From Zygophlyctis sp. KS116 (Eukaryota; Fungi; Chytridiomycota), in NCBI GenBank assembly GCA_054661495.1, contig BAAFSQ010000237.1, positions 1-15,330 on the forward strand: a DNA stretch of 15,330 nucleotides, in the 5' to 3' direction. The first letter of the stretch is position 1; the number at the start of each line of letters is the position of its first letter. This document shows positions 8,084-15,330 of the stretch, one piece after another. The notes under the pieces are model-generated. The model did not search any database, was not told the DNA's origin, and saw only the letters and a list, made by a program, of their open reading frames with translations. Both the position numbers and the translations under genes were made by a program.

Positions 8084-10463
8084 TCAAATTGCAGTGTTAT
8101 TATAGCAATACTCTGGCGTATCCCAAATTGAAGGATCTGGATTAACTGGATTATATCCATATTTTTCAGTGAGTCCGGGTAGTTTTAATCCCAAGTATAT
8201 AACAAATGCAGCAATAAGTGTTCCAGTATCTAGCGCCGCAGAAACGCTGTAATTGAATAGATCATACCATTGTCTTCTAAATTTACGCAAAAAGAATTGA
8301 AATATAATTGAGCAGATTGTAGCGGAAAGAATGGCATTTGAATCCCCATTGGCAGTTGATCCTGCGGATTCAAATAAGATTGGCCAATGAATGTACTCAA
8401 ATCCTGCAGTGGGAAACAATCGAAAAAGGATATAGAAAAGCAAAGTAATTGCAGCACCACCTACAAAGAACCAAATTAAAGGGTGGTAAAGGCTATTGGA
8501 ATCTAGAATTCTTTGTGAGCCAATGGCACCCCATATTAGAGACGCTAATACATTAAATATTATAACATACCAGTGTAGAATATTCTAGGGGATGTAGATC
8601 TCCATTGTGCGTCTGTTAAGGGGTTATGATGTATACCAGACCAAATATCTTGATTTTTTTGCAAAAGAAAATTGAATACAATAAGATTGATAACAGATGA
8701 TAAAATAGTTCCATACAATTGACACTTGAACACGGTTCTAGTTGGAATTTTCATGTAATATCCCAATTTTAAGTATGACAAAAAGCTTATGCATTGAGAT
8801 AAACTTACATAGCCAAACGTTTTGAACGTAGCATTTCCCAAGGTGTTGCCAGGATCTATAAATCCGTAAATTACTTCCATAAAGACATTTAAGCTGATAG
8901 TTTTATTTGAAATGGCTTGGATGACTCCAAGTGGGAGAATCAGAGCAAATCCTATAAATGAAGCGATTAAAACACCCCAAAACTATTATAAGTAAAACAA
9001 TCAATACCTTTAACTGAAGTTCATTATGCCAATTTTCAACCGTCCACATTCCAAGTCCCAACGATAATGCTAATATTATACAGTGCCATATAAGCGGGAC
9101 AGACTTATATTTTTTCATCAGTCTAGTATGTATATCTTCAGTAGATTCCTTGAGATTGTACCCAATTTCATCCCCGTGATATACAATAACATGAATTATA
9201 GAGGCTGTGATAGCTGCAAAAGAGCATCCATATGTTAATGCCCAGAAGGGAGATAAGCGTAGAGGAGAGTAAGCTTCGTATTTTTTCGTATTTAAATGAT
9301 AGTCAGTATTTACAACAGCAGATAAATTGTAATATGTCCCATTTACATTAAAAGCATCTGTAGAATAAATAGGAAATGTTTGAGAATCCCAAAAGTTATA
9401 ATGAAATAGGATAGGAATGATTACCCAAGTAAATGCATAATTTGCAATCAAATAATTTAATTGAGCCCATAAAGGAGTATATAATGGAGCCAAACTACCT
9501 ATAGATTCCCAGCTAAATGATATTGATCCTATTCCTCCACCATTAAGTCCAGATCCTAATTGACTCAAAAAAGGCCTTGGATCAACTGGAGACAATGATG
9601 GAGGGAAAATGCTAATATTCCCTAAATCTCCTGCAGCACCACCATATGAAAGACATACAACTGCAACAGATTGCAGAACTGGCATAAAGAATCCTGGCAA
9701 AAAATGAAAAATAAAAGCCACCAAAAGAACCCATCTAAACATGTTCATTCTATCTTTTGATATTCCAGAAGTCATCATAGAGTTTGAATGAAATGTATGA
9801 AGTAAATTAGATGTCACAAGATTTACTGGCCACCAACAGTAACTTGGATCTACCAAAAGCTTTTGAAAGAATCCAACCATACCAAATCCAAGAAGCTGTG
9901 TACTTAAAATCAGTAATAGAGATCCTAAAAATCCCATATCCATCCCTCCATCCATACTTTTTGTTTGATCACCAAAATACAACCGTTGAATTGATAACAA
10001 ATCTATGCAATAAGCAGGATCGATCGCTGTAACTGCCGTCAATACTATTGCAGTATGCTCTTTGACATTGAAAGGTCCTGGATTAAAATTAATTCCATAG
10101 AATTTCTCTTTAAATCTAAATCCAATCTGTTTGTGAGGAAGAGTGTACTCTAATGCCTTCCCGGATGGAAAAGCGATCAAGATCAAAACAAACACTAATC
10201 ATTAAAAACATGATCATTACCATTGACAGCAAAGGTATTATATCTGAAATAAAAGTATTGAGCCATGATCGCAGTGAAAACAGTCAATAATGTAGAGATT
10301 ATGAAATATCTAAATGTCAATATTGGCAGGGAATGATCATCGGAGACCGGAACCGTAGCTGCAACCTGTAATTTTAATAGACCAATCTTACTTCGGGTAT
10401 TGGAGAATTATCATCATCCCAATCCCCCAGGAAATCATAATCATTTGTAGACTCTGAAGGCAT
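8084..10463 (-). CDS. OPT-family oligopeptide/glutathione transporter, 758 aa
   Basis: OPT signatures SPIPEVAATV..DD....TFR, NPGPFNVKEH, KLGYYMKIP and SAALDTG, with many hydrophobic segments. Exons 10463-10392, 10365-10221, 10194-9008, 8982-8571, 8544-8084. Introns 10366-10391 (26 nt), 10195-10220 (26), 8983-9007 (25), 8545-8570 (26). Confidence 0.94.
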
Positions 10464-10488
10464 AAGAAAATTTGAAGATCTGAAACAA
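10464..10488. promoter_or_regulatory. 25-nt divergent spacer between OPT and LSD1-like
   Basis: ATGs at 10463(-) and 10489(+). Both N-termini lead directly into conserved domains. Confidence 0.5.
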
Positions 10489-12567
10489 ATGACAAACGAA
10501 GATTATATCCAAGCGGCGATTGCTTCAAGGCTAGATTCGATCAACCCATCAGTGTCTGAATTTGAATATTTAGAACACACTGAATTCGAAGCAAGGCTAT
10601 ATCTTGCCGCAAGGAATTATGTGCTTTACCGTTGGTTGAAACAATCTGATTGCATTCTCACCTGGAAAAACTTGGTAAATGATCAAGAAACAGTAGATTT
10701 TGTAGAGCAACAGAATGTTTCGCTTGATATTATAGAATTTGCATTTCGTTTTTGTCATCGTTATCGATATATTAATTACGGTATTCACGCATTCTCAAGA
10801 TAAATAGGAATTCTGCCAATTTCAAAAGATATAAAGTATGATCAAAGAACCAGAATAGTAATTATTGGTGCTGGTATGGCAGGACTCTCTACAGCACGGT
10901 ATTTTCAATAATTAACAGCAAGTGAACTATTAAATCTATACAGTGGATCTGGCAGGCCCATTCCTGAAATAATAATTCTTGAAGGAAGGAAGAGAGTCGG
11001 GGGTAGAATAAATTCATATCCAATACAGGTACAAGAGGATGAGGAACCTGTTAGAATAGAACTAGGTAAGAGTGAAGTCGAGTTATGTAAAGGAGCTCAA
11101 ATAATTACTGGTTTTGGTCGTGGAAATCCTCTGAAAGCTGTGGTTTTGGGTCAGTTGAAACTAGATCTACATTATTTAGAGCATGCGGCGACACAAACTT
11201 TATTGTATAATGCACAAGGAGAGCCAGTTGAACAATATCTAGATGCAGAAAGTGAACGGATATTTAATTTCATTCTTGATCAATGTTTAAAAACTCTTGT
11301 AGTCGAAAATAAGCTCTTGATTGTTTCAGACAGACATTCACCAGATATTATGACGCTTGAAGGTGCTAATCAGGTTCCGTCTCTCGGGAAAATGTTTGAT
11401 CATTATCTAACGAAACATCTTGAAAAAAATCATTTGAATTCTGAACAATTGGAGTTGATTCATTGGCATCTTGCGAATATTGAATTTTCATCTTCTGCAT
11501 TGTTAGAAAATCTCAGTTTATATCATTGGGATCAAGACGATCCAAATGCATTTGACGGAACTCATTCAATGGTAAAAGGTGGTTATTTACAAATTCCACG
11601 TGCATATGCTTATGGTAATTCTGATGTAATGCCTCTTGACATCCGGTTTAACAAGAATGTTATTTCCATCTCTACAAATACAAAATTTGAAGATCACATA
11701 AAAGATTTTGATTCAGCAAGAGGCATTATGAAAATAGTGTGTGCTGACGGTTCTTTATATCGTTGTGATGCAGCTGTTATAACAAGCTCTATAGGATTGC
11801 TTCAAGTATTTTAAATATTTTAAACTGTAGAGTGAACATATTAACTTTTATCCGCCACTTCCTGAATGGAAATTACAATCAATTCATAATTTAGGAATGG
11901 GATGTTTCAATAAGCTAGTGCTTGTGTTTCCATCTATGTTTTGGAATCCTGAAATAGACTCCTTTGGCTATGTTAATGGATCACCAACTATAAATAACCA
12001 ATTATACTCTGATTCTCGTGGCAGACATTATCTATTCTGGAATTTATTCCACACGACTAAAAAGCCTATTTTGGTAAGTTTTATATCTGGAAAAGCGGCT
12101 ATAGAAATGGATGCAAGCGACGACGAGGAAATAGCATTGGAAGCATTAAAGATCCTGTCCAGAATCTTCAAGGAAATCCCTGCACCAGTAAATTATTTAG
12201 TAACTAGATGGGCCTCTGATCCATTCACAAAAGGCAGTTATACCTCAATTAGGCCTGATGGTAGCGGAGAAGATTATGACACGAATTCTCGAACATTATC
12301 AAACAAACTCTTCTTTGCTGGAGAAGGAACGTAAGTACTCAAATAATAATTGATATTAGTTGCCGTCAGTACCCAGCTACAGTTCACGGCGCATTATTGA
12401 GTGGGCAGAGAGTTGCGACAGAAATAGCAAACTTATTGATGGGATCATTTTATGATTCTAGTAATAACAAAACAACTGATCGTGGATGTCCGCGGGGATG
12501 CGATTATAATCTTGGGATTCATGAATCTGTCTTTGATCATATTGCAGACGCACATCAAGACTCTTGA
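10489..12567 (+). CDS. LSD1/KDM1-family lysine-specific histone demethylase (SWIRM plus FAD amine oxidase), 648 aa
   Basis: SWIRM (YLAARN..L..W, YINYG), GAGMAGL, LEGRKRVGGR, ELGAQIITG, WHLANIEF, LSL.HWDQDD, conserved Lys in GMGCFNKLVLVF, FFAGE, YPATVHGALLSG. Exons 10489-10780, 10808-10898, 10923-11065, 11093-11805, 11831-12330, 12360-12567. Introns of 27, 24, 27, 25 and 29 nt. Confidence 0.92.
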
Positions 12568-12572
12568 ATTCT

Positions 12573-12683
12573 TGTAGATTACTGCCAGAATAATTTACCT
12601 GTAGATTAGTTTTCATATCAAATCGCACAGATTCAGTGTCATATTTGATCATGTGAAAATCATGATAATCCAGAAAAATTACC
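12573..12683 (+). repeat. Imperfect direct repeat pair; the second unit contains a long imperfect hairpin
   Basis: Unit 1 is TGTAGATTA-CTG-CCAGAATAATTTACC (12573-12599). Unit 2 is TGTAGATTA-[61 nt]-CCAGAAAAATTACC (12600-12683). Stems GATTA/TAATC, TTTTCAT/GTGAAAA, ATCAAAT/ATTTGAT, GCAC/GTGT were paired by eye. Confidence 0.6.
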
Positions 12684-12794
12684 TAATATGATTTAAGACG
12701 GCAATGAATAAATGCATGAATTGTACATTGTTAAAAACTTGAACAGTGAAGAACAGAAACGACTGAGTTTTCGCGTTTTACTAAAAAAGTTGAA

Positions 12795-14270
<1,476 letters not shown>

Positions 14271-14277
14271 TAAAGAT

Positions 14278-15330
14278 TTATTGGGGAAAACTTTTTTCAA
14301 TATTATCATATAATGAGACTTCTTCCTCGTCCTGATTTACCCCCAAATTTGCTGTAGTAGATGCTCCAATGTTTCCGAGATTATTTCTTTCATTTTGAGG
14401 AGTGTAAACTGAACTTTGTTGTAAATAATTATTGGACATTCCCATTTGATATGCAGGAGGATATGCGGGTTGCATTAAACCAAATGGATACTGACTAGCC
14501 TGATAATTGTAGTTATATCCGGACTGCATCATCTGATACTGGTACTGATTATACTGCTGAATATATTGATTATAATTGCCAGGCTGCATCTGCTGCATCT
14601 GCTGATACTGGGGGTACTGAGGATTATAGGATTGATTACTTGCATAAATAGATTCATGATTTTGTGCTGAAAACTGAGGTTTAATGGCCTTTCCGACCGA
14701 ATCACCAGATTTAATTTTACGTTTTTTAGTCAATCGTTTATGTTCAGCTTCCTTTTCATCATCTGAAAACTCAACTTCATTAGCTGCAATTTCTTCATCG
14801 TGTAAATTTGATGCATCAGAGCCTTTTTGAGCCTTTAATGGCTGAGTAAATACCATTTGAACTAAATTTTGAATATAATACACTGGAGTATTAACCTCTA
14901 ATCCAAGATCTTCAATTTCTTCTTTTCCATTTATTCTTATAGAGTATAATGGTTGACTGACTCGTCCAAATACTTCAAAAATCTTATGATTTTAAAAAAA
15001 CAAAACAGTACCTTTCCTATTGGTCTTTTATCCTTGCTTAATAGTACTGAGTCCATATCCAAGACCTGATAATCTCCTGAATTATCAGCCGCCACAATAA
15101 TCAGATTATCCTGAATAATTTTTTCGATCCTCCCAACGCAGATCAATGGTTCTTGCATTGGAATTTCAACATTAATTTTTTCTACTGGAGGCAACTCCTG
15201 AACTTCATTTCTAGTTTTTAAAACCAGTTTTACATCTTTTTTATCTTCTCCATGATCTGACAATTCCATCTCTGACTGACAAATAGAAGATTCCTCATCT
15301 GAAGACTCATCAGATGACTCTGATGACTGT
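14278..15330 (-). CDS. NAF1: H/ACA RNP assembly factor Naf1 (Gar1/Naf1 domain), 5' end outside the window
   Basis: Acidic Ser-rich start, LKTRNEV, VLDMDSVL, IGKIFEVFGRVSQPLYSIR, KGSDASNLHDEE...EFSDDEKE. Exons >15330-15012 and 14982-14278; intron 14983-15011 (29 nt). Confidence 0.92.

Noticed and set aside
8065-8111. OPT-ADE8 fusion protein made by splicing out the OPT stop
   Set aside because: From the GTATTG donor, the nearer AGs all lead to stops. The only in-frame acceptor needs an intron well beyond the 24-32 nt range, and both proteins look complete alone.
3100-11830. 11-nt identities between introns (TTAATGATTAG in TIM23 intron 1 and OPT intron 2; GTATTTTAAAT in MCEE and LSD1-like intron 4) as introner-like mobile introns
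   Set aside because: The matches are confined to splice-signal ends in very AT-rich sequence, and the intron bodies are otherwise unrelated.
12565-12730. SECIS element with selenocysteine read-through of the LSD1-like TGA
   Set aside because: No convincing AUGA/GA quartet closing a proper stem, and the TGA follows a complete protein.
12590-12765. Spliceosomal snRNA (U1-like TTACCTG on +, U2-like TCTGTTCTT or Sm-like AATTTTTCTGG on -) or box C/D snoRNA
   Set aside because: Only 7-11 nt matches. The U1 loops, the U2 GTAGTA and properly placed terminal C and D boxes are missing.

Overview
This is an AT-rich, extremely compact eukaryotic locus in the standard genetic code, most consistent with an early-diverging (non-Dikarya, chytrid-like) fungus. 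That placement is inferred from the stand-alone ADE8, the Cwc2-type splicing factor, the OPT transporter and the methylmalonyl-CoA epimerase. It holds 13 housekeeping genes in this order: MCEE(-), CWC2(+), GPATCH11-like(-), TIM23(+), MAP1(-), PEX10(+), TFIIS(-), RRP42(+), ADE8(-), OPT(-), LSD1-like(+), RPT2(+), NAF1(-, 5' end outside the window). Positions 15-82 may be the last exon of a further gene. The ORF track looks fragmented because the genes carry 28 tiny GT-AG introns (24-32 nt, mean about 27), which I reconstructed by hand; each restores a conserved reading frame or motif. Notable points: (1) a putative branch A 7-10 nt from the acceptor in most introns, with frequent AAG acceptors and skipped decoy YAGs; (2) two stop-free in-frame introns; (3) intergenic spacers of 7-227 nt in a mostly alternating strand arrangement; (4) a Tower-less LSD1-like protein ending in a C2H2-like finger; (5) an unexplained structured, repeat-flanked element in the largest spacer (12568-12794). 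I saw no rRNA, tRNA, CRISPR array or transposase.
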